A DNA stretch of 64,000 bases from Paracoccaceae bacterium (GTDB lineage: Bacteria > Pseudomonadota > Alphaproteobacteria > Rhodobacterales > Rhodobacteraceae): assembly GCA_051859505.1 (NCBI GenBank), contig JBHYFN010000011.1:30892-94891 (forward strand), given 5' to 3'. The notes below the pieces were generated by a model. That model did no database searches and was not told the DNA's origin. It saw nothing but the letters and a program-made list of their open reading frames with translations. This document shows, piece by piece, positions 1 through 9,491 of the stretch. A program made the position numbers and the translations under genes. Position 1 is the first letter of the stretch. Every line of letters starts with the position of its first letter.

Positions 1-284
1 TCCTGATATTGCAGGAACATCCGCCCGAAGGAGGAGGCCGCGAACCCCAGAAGCAGAAAGACCGTCGACAGCCCCAGCACGAAGAAGGCCGCCGACAGAA
101 GGACACGGCGCCGCGCCGCGCGCTCCTGCGTCATCTCGGTCACGCTGACCCCGCCCATATAGGCAAGGTAGGGCGGCACGATGGGCAGGACGCAGGGGCT
201 CAGGAACGACAGCACCCCGGCCGACATGGCAATCAGGATCGCCGGCAGAAGCGTGGCATCGAGGATGAGATCGGCACTGAGCAT
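1..284 (-). CDS. ccdA: CcdA/DsbD-family cytochrome c biogenesis thiol-disulfide transporter, N-terminal part (gene runs off the left edge)
   Basis: Manual minus-strand translation from ATG at 282-284: MLSADLILDATLLPAILIAMSAGVLSFLSPCVLPIVPPYLAYMGG... The SPCVLPxxPxY motif and hydrophobic helices are typical of CcdA/DsbD_2. Absent from the ORF track because there is no stop inside the window. Confidence 0.6.
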   Translation of the reverse strand, partial: MLSADLILDATLLPAILIAMSAGVLSFLSPCVLPIVPPYLAYMGGVSVTEMTQERAARRRVLLSAAFFVLGLSTVFLLLGFAASSFGRMFLQYQ

Positions 285-435
285 CGGGCGTCCTTTTTCT
301 CCGACATAAGCCGGCCGGGCGGCGGCGTCACCCGCCAAGACGTCACATCTTTCGGACCGGATTGAAACACGGGACCGCGGCTACCCCGGCTCTTGCCCTG
401 CCCGTCCCCTGCCCGCCCCCTGCCACGCGCCAATC

Positions 436-1737
436 CTAGGCCGGCACCGGCACCATCGGCGGCCGTGCCCCCGCGCGCCGCGCCCGCGCGTAGCGCGCCA
501 GCGACAGGTCCGAGGCGTCGATCCCCGGCGCCCGGCCCGAGACCAGATCGGCGATCACCCGGCCCGAACCGGCCGCCATCGTCCAGCCCAGCGTGCCATG
601 CCCGGTGTTGAGCCAGAGGTTGCCAAGCCTCGTCCGCCCCAGAACCGGCGTGCCATCGGGCGTCATCGGCCGCAGGCCCGACCAGAAACTGGCCTGCGCC
701 GCGTCGCCTGCGCCGCCGAACAGATCCTCGACGGAATGGCGCAGGGTCGCTTCCCGGGCAGCGGGCAGGCTGTGGTTGAATCCCGAAAGCTCGGCCATGC
801 CACCGACGCGGATCCGGTCGCCCAGACGGGTGATGGCGATCTTGTGGGTCTCGTCCATCACGGTCGAGACGGGGGCAAGCGCGGGGTCGATGACCGGCAG
901 GGTGATCGAATAGCCCTTGACCGGAAAGACCGGCAGCCCGATCCCCAGCGGCCGCAGCAGCTAAGGCGAGTAAGAGCCCATCGCCACCACGAAAGCATCG
1001 GCCGTCACAAGGCCCGCATCGGTCCTGACCGCCGTGACCCGGTCGCCCTCGGTCACAAGGCCCTGGACCCCGGTGCCGTAACGGAAGGTCACGCCGCGCG
1101 CGGCGGCGCGTTCGGCCAGCGCGGTGGTGAAAAGGAAGCAATCCCCCGTCTCGTCGCCCGGCAGGCGCAGCCCGCCGGCGATCTTGTCGCGCGCAGAGGC
1201 CAGCCCCGGCTCGGCGGCAATGCAGCCGTCGCGGTCCAGAACCTCGAAGGCCACGCCATCGGCCTTTAGCACGGCGATATCCTTCTCGGCCGCCGCGACC
1301 TGCGCCTCGGTCCGGAACAGCTGAAGCGTGCCGCGGCTGCGCTCGTCATAGCGGATGCCGGTCTCTTGCCGCAGATCCTGCAGGCAGGCGCGGCTGTATT
1401 CGGCCAGCCGCACCATGCGCGACTTGTTCACGGCATAGGCCTCGGGCGTGCAGTTCATCAGCAGGCGGGCCAGCCAGCTCAGCCCCGCCCAGCCCATCGA
1501 GGGGCGCAGGATCAGCGGCGCATGTTCCATGAACATCCATTTCAGCGCCTTGAGCGGAATGCCCGGCGCGGCCCAGGGGGCGGAATAGCCCGGGCTGATC
1601 TCTCCGGCATTGGCGAAGCTTGTCTCGCGGGCGGGGGCGGGCTGGCGGTCGATGACTGTCACCTCATGGCCGGCCTCGGCCAGATACCAGGCGGAGGTGA
1701 CGCCGATGACACCGGCCCCGAGAATGACGATTTTCAT
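436..1737 (-). pseudogene. dadA: D-amino-acid dehydrogenase small subunit (DadA) interrupted by one in-frame TAG at 961-963
   Basis: ORFs 961..1806 and 436..861 lie in the same minus-strand frame. Joined translation [20 protein letters not shown]...[29 protein letters not shown]...[22 protein letters not shown]...[16 protein letters not shown] is collinear with DadA. N-terminal GxGxxG FAD fold. True ATG at 1735-1737. Confidence 0.85.
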
Positions 1738-1840
1738 GATCCGCTCTGCCCTGTTCCCGCTGGTGTTTGCCGTGGCCCGCTCGGGCCTCGGGGGCTTTTG
1801 CTCCATTCACGACGGGATGTGCTCGCCATTTCTGGCGCGG

Positions 1841-1869
1841 GGAGAAGAAATTTTGCAAATTTCTTCTCC
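1841..1869. repeat. Family-2 hairpin: ggagaagaaattt-tgc-aaatttcttctcc (13-bp perfect stem, 3-nt loop)
   Basis: Perfect inverted repeat read directly. It shares the AAATTT-(GCA/TGC)-AAATTT centre with hairpins at 18057, 45534, 45557, 52940 and 52963. Lies in the dadA/moxR divergent intergenic region. Confidence 0.8.
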
Positions 1870-2008
1870 GTTACCGTCGTACTATCGGACAATCTTGCGC
1901 CATACCGGGAAGGTTCGGAAAGTCCTGCGGCCAGGCCTTTGCTTTCGCCCCCCTTGCCCGCCGCCCCTTTGCCCCTAGCATGAGAGATCAGTCAGCAGCG
2001 GAGCGCGC

Positions 2009-3127
2009 ATGTCGATCAACACCCTCCCCATCGCCGCCGGTCAGGCGCTCGAGGCGCTCTGGTCCGGCTGGCAGCTGCAGGCCGCAGGTGGCCTCACCGC
2101 CTCCTGGATGCTGCATGGCCGCCCCGGCATCGGCAAGACCGAGATCGTCCAGACCCTTGCCGCCCGCGCCGGCGCCCGCCTCTTCGATCTGCGCCTTACC
2201 ACGATCGAGCCGCAGGATCTGCGCGGCCTGCCCTATTACGACCACGACACCCGCCGCACCACCTGGTACCGCCCCGAAGACCTGCCCGACGACCCCGCGA
2301 CCCCCTCGATCCTCTTCCTCGACGAGCTGACCGCCGCCGCCCCCTCGCTCCAGCCCACGGTCTATGGCCTGCTGCAAGAGCGCCGCGTGGGCCGGCACCT
2401 CCTGCCCGCGTCCGTCTTCATCGTCGCCGCCGGCAATGCGGTCGAGGACGGGGCGATCGCCTATGACATGGGCACCGCGCTGTCGGACCGGCTGATCCAT
2501 CTGTCGGTCGTGGCCGAGGCGCAGGACTGGCTGACCAACTACGCCATCCCGCAGGGCCTTGACCCGGCGGTGATCGCCTTCATCCGCACCCGTCCTGACA
2601 TGCTCGAGACCACCGAACAGACGCTGCGGCGGGGCGAGATGATCGCCTGCACCCCCCGCTCCTGGGCGCGGGTCAGCGCGATCCTGGGCGCGGTGAAGGA
2701 CCGCCGCCTGCGCGATATCCTTGTGGCGGGCGTCGTGGGCGAAGGCCCGGCCGCCGAATTCGCGCTGATCGCCAATGACATCGCCGCCACCGTGCAGGTG
2801 GCCGAGATGATCGCCGCACCCCCCTCCGAGCGCATCGGGATGTACCCCCCTTCGATGCACGGCCTGACCGCGCTGACCTACGGCCTGATCGCCGCCGCCG
2901 ACGAGGAGACCCTGCCCGCGGTGATCGAGGTCATGGCCGGGATCCGCAGCCTCGCCCGCGACCGCGAGGAGCGCGTCTTCGCCGCCCTGCCGCTGGGCGA
3001 ACTCACCGCCTATGGGTTCGAGCTGCTGATCGACAAGGCGCTCAAAGCAGGCTGGACGCAGGCCTTCAAGGACTCGGCCGCCTACCGCGCCTATGCCGCG
3101 ACGCGCGAGGCGGCGGGCGCCGCATGA
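2009..3127 (+). CDS. MoxR/AAA_5-type AAA+ ATPase
   Basis: 372 aa. Walker A GRPGIGKT, Walker B ILFLDEL, and MoxR-like layout (LRGLPYYD, LLQERRVG, AAGN). Stop overlaps the next start (ATGA). Confidence 0.85.
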   Translation: MSINTLPIAAGQALEALWSGWQLQAAGGLTASWMLHGRPGIGKTEIVQTLAARAGARLFDLRLTTIEPQDLRGLPYYDHDTRRTTWYRPEDLPDDPATPSILFLDELTAAAPSLQPTVYGLLQERRVGRHLLPASVFIVAAGNAVEDGAIAYDMGTALSDRLIHLSVVAEAQDWLTNYAIPQGLDPAVIAFIRTRPDMLETTEQTLRRGEMIACTPRSWARVSAILGAVKDRRLRDILVAGVVGEGPAAEFALIANDIAATVQVAEMIAAPPSERIGMYPPSMHGLTALTYGLIAAADEETLPAVIEVMAGIRSLARDREERVFAALPLGELTAYGFELLIDKALKAGWTQAFKDSAAYRAYAATREAAGAA

Positions 3128-4356
3128 GCCGCCACAGCACCCGCGCCCGCGCCGCGCTTCAGGCGCTGGCCGAGCGCGACCCGGCCATCGGGGCGCTGTC
3201 GCTCTGGTGCGCGCATCGCGATGTGGAGGACGGCCCCGCCGCCGCCACACAGGGCACCACCATCCGCTACGGCCCCGGCTTCGATGCGCTGCCCCGGCAT
3301 GAACAGGAGGGGCTGGCCGCCCATCACATCCTGCACGCAGCGCTCCGCCATTCCGCCCGGATGGAGGCGATGGCCGCCCGCCAGCCCGACCGTTTCGACG
3401 CCGAGACCTGGAACATGGCGGCCGATGCCATCGTGAACGAGGCGCTGATGCTCGCCGGCTACGCCCTGCCCCGCCCCGCCGTGGGGCTGGTCGAACTGCT
3501 GGTCGGCCTCGCGGGCGAAAGCCTGCCGCCCGAACAGGCGCTGGCGGAGTGGGATGCCGACCGGCTCTATATCCGGCTGATGCAGGGCCCCGAGGCGCAG
3601 GAGCGCGCGGGCGAACACGCCAGGACCCGCGCCTTCCGCCCCGACCTTTCGCCCGAGGCAGCACCCGAGGACAGCGGGCAATCGGCGGCGGACTGGCGGC
3701 AGCATCTCGCGCGCGCGATGCAGGCGGGGCGGATGGCGGGGCGCGGCATCGGGCGCTTTGGCCACCGCATCGCCGACCTGCCGGTGCCCGAAACCCCGTG
3801 GGAGGTTGTGCTCCGCCGCATCGTCACTCGCGCCGTGACCGACGCCCCCCAAACCAGCCCGACCCGCCCCGCCCGCCGCTGGATCGCCGCCGAGGCCGAG
3901 GCGCAGAAGCACGCCACCCCCGCCCCCGCCTTCGAGCCGGGCCAGCGCCGCGCGCGCGACATCCCCCGGATCGTCGTGGGGCTTGATACCTCAAGCTCCA
4001 TCGACGCAGGCAGGATGGCGCAGTTCATGGGCGAGGTGGCCGGCATCGCCCGCCGCACCGGGGCCGAGGTCCATGTGATCCCCTTCGACGAGGCGGCCGA
4101 GCCTCCGCTGCGCCTCGACGTGGGGCGCTGGCAGGGGCAGTTGGCGGGCCTCGTGACGCGGCGCGGCGGGGGCACGGATTTCCGCCCGGCGCTGGCGGCG
4201 GCGATGGGGCTTGCGCCCTCGGTCATCGTGATGCTGACGGATCTGGAGGGGCCGATGGGCCCGGCCCCGCGCGGGGTGCCGGTCCTCTGGGCGGTGCCGG
4301 ATGCGGGGGTGGTGCCGGAGGTGGCGTTCGGGCAGGTGGTCAGCCTCGCGCGGTGA
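3124..4356 (+). CDS. VWA-like (DUF2201) protein with N-terminal putative-metallopeptidase-like region; partner of the MoxR ATPase
   Basis: 410 aa. C-terminal VVGLDTSSSID (DxSxS MIDAS-like) ... VMLTDLEG. The N-terminal segment AAHHILHAALRH sits where this family normally carries HExxH. Translationally coupled to the ATPase. Confidence 0.75.
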   Translation: MSRHSTRARAALQALAERDPAIGALSLWCAHRDVEDGPAAATQGTTIRYGPGFDALPRHEQEGLAAHHILHAALRHSARMEAMAARQPDRFDAETWNMAADAIVNEALMLAGYALPRPAVGLVELLVGLAGESLPPEQALAEWDADRLYIRLMQGPEAQERAGEHARTRAFRPDLSPEAAPEDSGQSAADWRQHLARAMQAGRMAGRGIGRFGHRIADLPVPETPWEVVLRRIVTRAVTDAPQTSPTRPARRWIAAEAEAQKHATPAPAFEPGQRRARDIPRIVVGLDTSSSIDAGRMAQFMGEVAGIARRTGAEVHVIPFDEAAEPPLRLDVGRWQGQLAGLVTRRGGGTDFRPALAAAMGLAPSVIVMLTDLEGPMGPAPRGVPVLWAVPDAGVVPEVAFGQVVSLAR

Positions 4357-4439
4357 GGGGGCGGGGCGTGATGGCTGCTTGGAGCCCAGAGTAACGAACG
4401 CTGCACCCGACACGAAAGACCGCTTTGCGCCAGCCATGG

Positions 4440-4931
4440 CTATCCGTTGTGCATCACAATATTGAAGCCTTCCTCTGGCGATGGCGCAACGAAATGCTTT
4501 GAAAACCGAAGGAATTGGTCCTCAGTCACGGCAAACGGGTGGTCGCCACGTGCGTTACGCTCGCGAAGTCGTGCAAGGCAAAGCTCATCAGACGCATTGA
4601 AGACGTGAAGTTGGTGAAGGGTGCCACTTGCCTCAATGATTGCGCGCATCCAAGCGCGTTGTTCTAGGGTATTCGCTGCAAAATCCAAGACAACCGAAAC
4701 TCCCGCGTTCAGCAGCGACACCACGTGAGGCCCCATAACTTTTCGTAATTTTGATGAACACCGAACGTAGTCAGAAGGCGACAACATTTCGCTCGAAAAC
4801 AAGGCGCTCAGCCAATCATCCTCGGCGAGCAAGACCGTTGCATTCGCACTACCAAGCTTGGCAGCGAAAGTTGATTTTCCGGCAGCAATTTTACCGCACA
4901 AAACGTGCAGGGTTGGAGATGTAGTAACCAT
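4440..4931 (-). CDS. Small P-loop NTPase / predicted kinase (AAA_33-like)
   Basis: 163 aa. Walker A CGKIAAGKST at the N-terminus and VVLD Walker-B-like strand. The gene and its flanks (about 4380-5150) are visibly lower in GC than the rest of the window. Confidence 0.7.
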   Translation of the reverse strand: MVTTSPTLHVLCGKIAAGKSTFAAKLGSANATVLLAEDDWLSALFSSEMLSPSDYVRCSSKLRKVMGPHVVSLLNAGVSVVLDFAANTLEQRAWMRAIIEASGTLHQLHVFNASDELCLARLRERNARGDHPFAVTEDQFLRFSKHFVAPSPEEGFNIVMHNG

Positions 4932-5160
4932 TGAGTATGACCTTGATCAGCGCATAAGGTGTGTATGATATTCAGAAATCGACCACCCGGCCCGAACTAT
5001 CAGGCCGGGACGGTAATTCGGATTTGACGCCGAGCGCAAATTTTCTGAAGCAAGGTTTTCATACCGGATAGCTCGCACGAAGCAGAGGTATTGTCCATCC
5101 TGAAGCAGACATTCACCGCCTTGAACGCATTGGCAGCTTCGTCCCGCAAAGCTCCCCCCC

Positions 5161-7530
5161 TCACGCCCTCAACCGGATCGGCCGCCCCGGCGCGATGTGG
5201 CTCGCGGCCTCGACGATCGCCTCCGCGTCGATGCCGAAATGGTGGTAGAGGTCGGCGATCGTGCCCGTCTGGCCGAAATGCTCCACCCCCAGCGGCACCG
5301 TGCGGTGCCCCGCCACCGCCCCCAGCCAGGACAGCGTCGCCGGGTGGCCGTCCAGCACCGTGATCAGCGTGCAATGGGCGGGCAGCGCCTCCATCAGCCG
5401 CTCGGCATGGCTGACCGCGCCCGCATTGCCCCGCGCCCGCGCGCGGCGCGCCGCTGTCCAGCCCGCGTTCAGGCGGTCGGCCGAGGTGACGGCCAGCACG
5501 CCGATATCGCGCCGCGCGCCCATGATCCGGCCCGCGGCCTCGATCGCCTCGGGCGCCACGCAGCCCTGATAGGCGATCACCACATCCGCATTCGGCCCCG
5601 GTGCGCGCAGCCAGTAGGCCCCGTCGATCACGCCGCGCGCAAACTCCGGGTCGTCGCGGCGCAGCACCTGTTCCACCGGCCGGGTCGAGAGGCGGAGGTA
5701 GACCGAGCCCCCCGTCTCGTCCCGCAGCCAGGTGCGTTCGTCCGGGTCGCCCTCGCCGTCGCGCTGGAGGTAGTCGAAGGACCAGTCCATGATGAGCGAC
5801 AGCTCGTCGAGGAAGGCCGGCTCGAAGGCCGCGATCCCGTCCTGCGCCATGCCGATCAGGGGCGAGCCGATGGATTGATGCGCGCCGCCCTCGGGTGCCA
5901 GCGTGACGCCGGAGGGCGTGCCCACGAGCAGGAAGCGAGCGTCCTGATAGCAGGCATAGTTCAGTGCATCCAGGCCACGGGCGACGAAGGGGTCATAGAC
6001 CGTGCCGACCGGGATCAGCCGTTCGCCGAACAGCGAATGCGACAGCCCCGCCGCGCCAAGAAGCAGCATCAGGTTCATCTCGGCGATGCCAAGCTCCAGA
6101 TGCTGGCCCTTGGGCGAGAACATCCATTTCTGGGCCGAGGGGATCCGCTCTTCCCGGAACGTGTCCCCCCGCGCCTCGCGCGCGAAAAGGCCGCGCCGGT
6201 TGACCCAGCCGCCGAGGTTCGTGGACACCGTCACATCCGGCGACATGGTGACGATCCGGTCGGCGAGCGGGCCGCCGGAGCGGGCGATCTCGTCGAGGAT
6301 CTTGCCGAAACCCGCCTGGGTGGACAGAAGCTTGTCGGTCAGCGCAACCGGCCCCGGGGTGGGCACGGCGGGCGCGGTATAGCGGCGGGGGCCGGTCGAG
6401 AAGAAGGGGACGCGGGCGAGGAAATCCCTCAGCGCGCCCTCGTCGGGGACGGCGGCGAAGGGGGCCCATTCCTGCCCCTGCGGCACACCCATCCGGGCGC
6501 GGAAGGCCTCCATCTGCGCGGGCGTCATGAGGCCTGCGTGATTGTCCTTGTGGCCGGCAAGCGGCGTCCCCCAACCCTTGATCGTATAGGCGAGGAAGAC
6601 CGTGGGCCGGTCGTCGGTGATCCCGTCGAAGGCGGCGCAGAGCGAGGGCAGGCAATGCCCGCCAAGGTTCTCCATCAGCCGGGCGAGCTCCTCGTCGCTG
6701 CGGCTTTCGATCAGCGCCGTCACCGCCCCCTGATCGCCGATGTCATCGAGCAGCCGCTTGCGCCAGGCAGCGCCCCCCTGGAAGGTCAGCGCCGAATAAA
6801 GCGCATTGGGGCAACGGTCGATCCAGCCGCGCAGCGCCTCGCCCCCCGCCTCAGTGAAGGCGGCCTCTTGCAGCGCGCCGTATTTCAGCCGCACCACGCG
6901 CCAGCCGAAGGCCTCGAAAATCGCCTCGATCCGCGCCCAGAGGCCTTCATGCACCACGCCGTCAAGGCTTTGGCGGTTGTAGTCGATCACCCACCAGACA
7001 TTGCGCAGATCGTGCTTCCAGCCCTCTTGCAGGGCCTCGTAGATATTGCCCTCGTCCAGTTCCGCGTCGCCGATCAGGGCAATCATCCGCCCCGTCTTGC
7101 CGCCCCAGCCGTGGCCCTGCACATAGTCCTGCACCATCGAGGCAAAGATCGGCAGCGCCGCCCCCAGCCCGACCGAGCCTGTGGAAAAATCCACGTCATC
7201 CACATCCTTGGTGCGCGAGGGATAGCTTTGCGCACCACCCCAGCCGCGAAAGTTCTGCAGTTTTTCAAGGCTCTGACGGCCCATCATGTACTGGATCGCG
7301 TGAAAGACAGGCGCGGCATGGGGCTTGACCGCGACCCTGTCCTCTGGCCGCAGCACGTGGAAATAAAGCGCCGTCAGGATCGCCGCCATCGAGGCGCTGC
7401 TGGCCTGATGCCCGCCGACCTTCACATCCCCCTCGCCCTTGTCGCGCAGGTGGTTGGCATTGTGCACCGTCCAGGCCGACAGCCACAGCGCGCGGGCGTG
7501 GAGCACCTCGAGATGGTCCCTATCGGTCAT
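5161..7530 (-). CDS. Homodimeric-type 2-oxoacid dehydrogenase E1 (AceE-like) / transketolase-like ThDP enzyme
   Basis: 789 aa. VGGHQASSASMAAILTALYF, GDAELDEGN (ThDP GDG-type motif) and IDYNRQSLDG are collinear with AceE but shorter. No E2 gene is adjacent. Confidence 0.8.
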   Translation of the reverse strand: MTDRDHLEVLHARALWLSAWTVHNANHLRDKGEGDVKVGGHQASSASMAAILTALYFHVLRPEDRVAVKPHAAPVFHAIQYMMGRQSLEKLQNFRGWGGAQSYPSRTKDVDDVDFSTGSVGLGAALPIFASMVQDYVQGHGWGGKTGRMIALIGDAELDEGNIYEALQEGWKHDLRNVWWVIDYNRQSLDGVVHEGLWARIEAIFEAFGWRVVRLKYGALQEAAFTEAGGEALRGWIDRCPNALYSALTFQGGAAWRKRLLDDIGDQGAVTALIESRSDEELARLMENLGGHCLPSLCAAFDGITDDRPTVFLAYTIKGWGTPLAGHKDNHAGLMTPAQMEAFRARMGVPQGQEWAPFAAVPDEGALRDFLARVPFFSTGPRRYTAPAVPTPGPVALTDKLLSTQAGFGKILDEIARSGGPLADRIVTMSPDVTVSTNLGGWVNRRGLFAREARGDTFREERIPSAQKWMFSPKGQHLELGIAEMNLMLLLGAAGLSHSLFGERLIPVGTVYDPFVARGLDALNYACYQDARFLLVGTPSGVTLAPEGGAHQSIGSPLIGMAQDGIAAFEPAFLDELSLIMDWSFDYLQRDGEGDPDERTWLRDETGGSVYLRLSTRPVEQVLRRDDPEFARGVIDGAYWLRAPGPNADVVIAYQGCVAPEAIEAAGRIMGARRDIGVLAVTSADRLNAGWTAARRARARGNAGAVSHAERLMEALPAHCTLITVLDGHPATLSWLGAVAGHRTVPLGVEHFGQTGTIADLYHHFGIDAEAIVEAASHIAPGRPIRLRA

Positions 7531-8291
7531 TCCCGGCCCTCCTCGCGTGGTCCGTTGCGGATGATCTGGCGCACCTCGCCCTCGACGGAATCGAGGATCG
7601 CATGCACGGCCGCCGCCGCCCCCTCGGGATCGCCGGCCAGGATCGCGTCCGAGAGCGTGCGGTGATGCGGAAAGCTGCCCAGGCCAAAGACGTTGCGTTC
7701 AAAGGGCGAGGCGACCGAACGTTCAAGCATGTGGTCAAGCCGGACGAGAATTTCCCCGAACATCGGGTTGCCCGTCGCCTCGGCAATCGCGCCGTGAAAG
7801 GCGTGGTCGGCCTCGCGGTAAGCGCCGCCGGCGGCGATGATCGCCAGAAGCGCGTCGCACAGCCGCGCGATCTCGGCCTTCTGGGCGGGGCTGGCGCGCT
7901 CGGCCGCCTTGCGGGCGACATCGGTCTCGACGGTCCGGCGCACTTCCAGCAGCCGCAGGATCGACAGCCCCTCAAGCTGCACCATCACCGGGGCCGCACC
8001 CCGCGCCGAGACGACCGGCGCCGACAGATAGGTGCCGTCGCCGCGCCGGCGGCGGATGATGCCCATACCCTCCCACCGGTTCAGCGCCTCGCGCATGGTC
8101 GACCGGCCCACGCCAAGCTGCGCGGCAAGCTGCACCTCGGGCGGCAGTCGATCCCCGATGCTCAGGCCAGCGCGTTCGATCATCTCGGCCAGGGCCTCGA
8201 GCACCGCCACGCCGCGCAGGCCGTCTTCGCGGGCCTCCAGGTATTTCAGGGTCTGATCAGTCGCCATATTCGCCTCCGGCCTCTGACCCAT
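7527..8291 (-). CDS. GntR-family transcriptional regulator (FadR/FCD subfamily)
   Basis: wHTH LPPEVQLAAQLGVGRSTMREALNRWEGMGIIRRRRGDGTYL plus an all-helical C-terminal domain. ATGA overlap with the E1 gene. Alternative ATG start at 8267. Confidence 0.85.
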   Translation of the reverse strand: MGQRPEANMATDQTLKYLEAREDGLRGVAVLEALAEMIERAGLSIGDRLPPEVQLAAQLGVGRSTMREALNRWEGMGIIRRRRGDGTYLSAPVVSARGAAPVMVQLEGLSILRLLEVRRTVETDVARKAAERASPAQKAEIARLCDALLAIIAAGGAYREADHAFHGAIAEATGNPMFGEILVRLDHMLERSVASPFERNVFGLGSFPHHRTLSDAILAGDPEGAAAAVHAILDSVEGEVRQIIRNGPREEGRE

Positions 8292-8294
8292 AGG

Positions 8295-9485
8295 TCAGGC
8301 GGCATCGCTCAGCGTCAAGAGGGTCGTCAGCGCCTCGACCAGAAGATCCATCTCGGCCCGCGTGTTGTAGCCCTGAACCGAAAGGCGGACGATGGTGTGA
8401 TCCTTCCAGTCGAAACAGGGGATCTCGATCCGCCAGCGCTCCATCAGCGCCTCTTGCAAGGCCTTCGGATCGGTCCGGGGGACGGGCATCGAGACCATCT
8501 GCGGCGCGCAGAAGGCGGTGCCTGAAAACGGCGCAAGCCCGGTGCGCCGCGCCAGCCGGGCGGCCGTTTCCTGCGCGAGGTCGCGGCACCGGGCGGCCAC
8601 GCCCGTCCAGCCCTGCTGCTCGCGAAAGCGGATCGCGTCGGGCACGGTCAGCCAGGCGGCGGGATCGCGGGTGCCCTGCATCTCGATACTGTCGATGAAG
8701 GGGGTGTTGCCGAAAACGCCCGAGGCACCCGGTTCGTGCAGATCCTCGGTCCAGCCGTGGGAAATCACCAGCGGGTTGATCGTCTTCTGCAGATCGCGCC
8801 GCACATGCAGGAAGGCCGCCCCCTTGGGCGACATCAGCCATTTGTGGCAATTGCCGGAATAGAAATCCGCGTCCAGCGCGGTCAGGTCCAGCGGGATATG
8901 GCCGGGCACATGCGCCCCGTCGATCACGCTCAGGATGCCGCGGGCCCGCGCCTCCTTCACCGCGCGTTCGATGGGAAAGACAAGCGCGGTGGCCGAGGTG
9001 ATGTGGCTGAGGAACAGAACCTTGGTCCGATCCGTCATCGCGCCAATGACGGCCTCGGTGAACCCGGCCTCGTCGGTCAGCGGCAGCGGCACGGTCACGG
9101 GCACCACCTTCGCGCCCGAGCGCCGCGCGACATAGGCCCAGGTCTTTTCCAGCGCCGCATATTCGTGATCCGTCGTCAGGATCTCGTCCCCCGGCGAGAG
9201 GGCGAGCGACTGCGCCACGATGTTCAGGCCCACGGTCGCATTCATCACGCCCACCAGATCGTCGGGATCGGCGTTCAGGAACCCCCCCAGCGCCACCCGC
9301 GCATCCCGCATCCAGGCGCTGTAGCCGCGCACCGGATCGAGGAAGGCGACGGGCTGGCGCTCCAGCTTCAGCTGCCAGTCCTGATAGGCCTGAAACACCG
9401 GCTTCGGGCAGGCCCCGAAAGAGCCGTGGTTGAGAAAGACCACCTCGGGATCAAGATGGAAGAGGGAGGCGAGATTGTCGTCCAT
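8295..9485 (-). CDS. Class-V aminotransferase (isopenicillin-N-epimerase/cysteine-desulfurase-like, PLP-dependent)
   Basis: 396 aa. VVFLNHGSFGACP N-terminus, SHITS, DGAH, and SGNCHKWL (PLP lysine context). Confidence 0.85.
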   Translation of the reverse strand: MDDNLASLFHLDPEVVFLNHGSFGACPKPVFQAYQDWQLKLERQPVAFLDPVRGYSAWMRDARVALGGFLNADPDDLVGVMNATVGLNIVAQSLALSPGDEILTTDHEYAALEKTWAYVARRSGAKVVPVTVPLPLTDEAGFTEAVIGAMTDRTKVLFLSHITSATALVFPIERAVKEARARGILSVIDGAHVPGHIPLDLTALDADFYSGNCHKWLMSPKGAAFLHVRRDLQKTINPLVISHGWTEDLHEPGASGVFGNTPFIDSIEMQGTRDPAAWLTVPDAIRFREQQGWTGVAARCRDLAQETAARLARRTGLAPFSGTAFCAPQMVSMPVPRTDPKALQEALMERWRIEIPCFDWKDHTIVRLSVQGYNTRAEMDLLVEALTTLLTLSDAA

Positions 9486-9491
9486 GATGCC

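Noticed and set aside
961-963. The TAG in dadA as programmed recoding (pyrrolysine or read-through)
   Set aside because: There are no pyl genes or recoding signals in the window, and such recoding is not known for this lineage or gene. A nonsense mutation or base-call error is far more likely.
1988-3664. 558-aa minus-strand ORF overlapping the MoxR ATPase and VWA genes
   Set aside because: It is an antisense GC-rich artefact. The plus-strand genes carry Walker A/B and MIDAS motifs and are translationally coupled.
5000-5374. 124-aa minus-strand ORF reaching into the low-GC spacer (tail MDNTSASCELSGMKTLLQKICARRQIRITVPA)
   Set aside because: Most of it overlaps the 3-prime end of the E1-like gene in another frame and is G/A/R-rich. 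Only the last 32 codons lie in the spacer, with no convincing SD, so it is not supportable as a gene or antitoxin.
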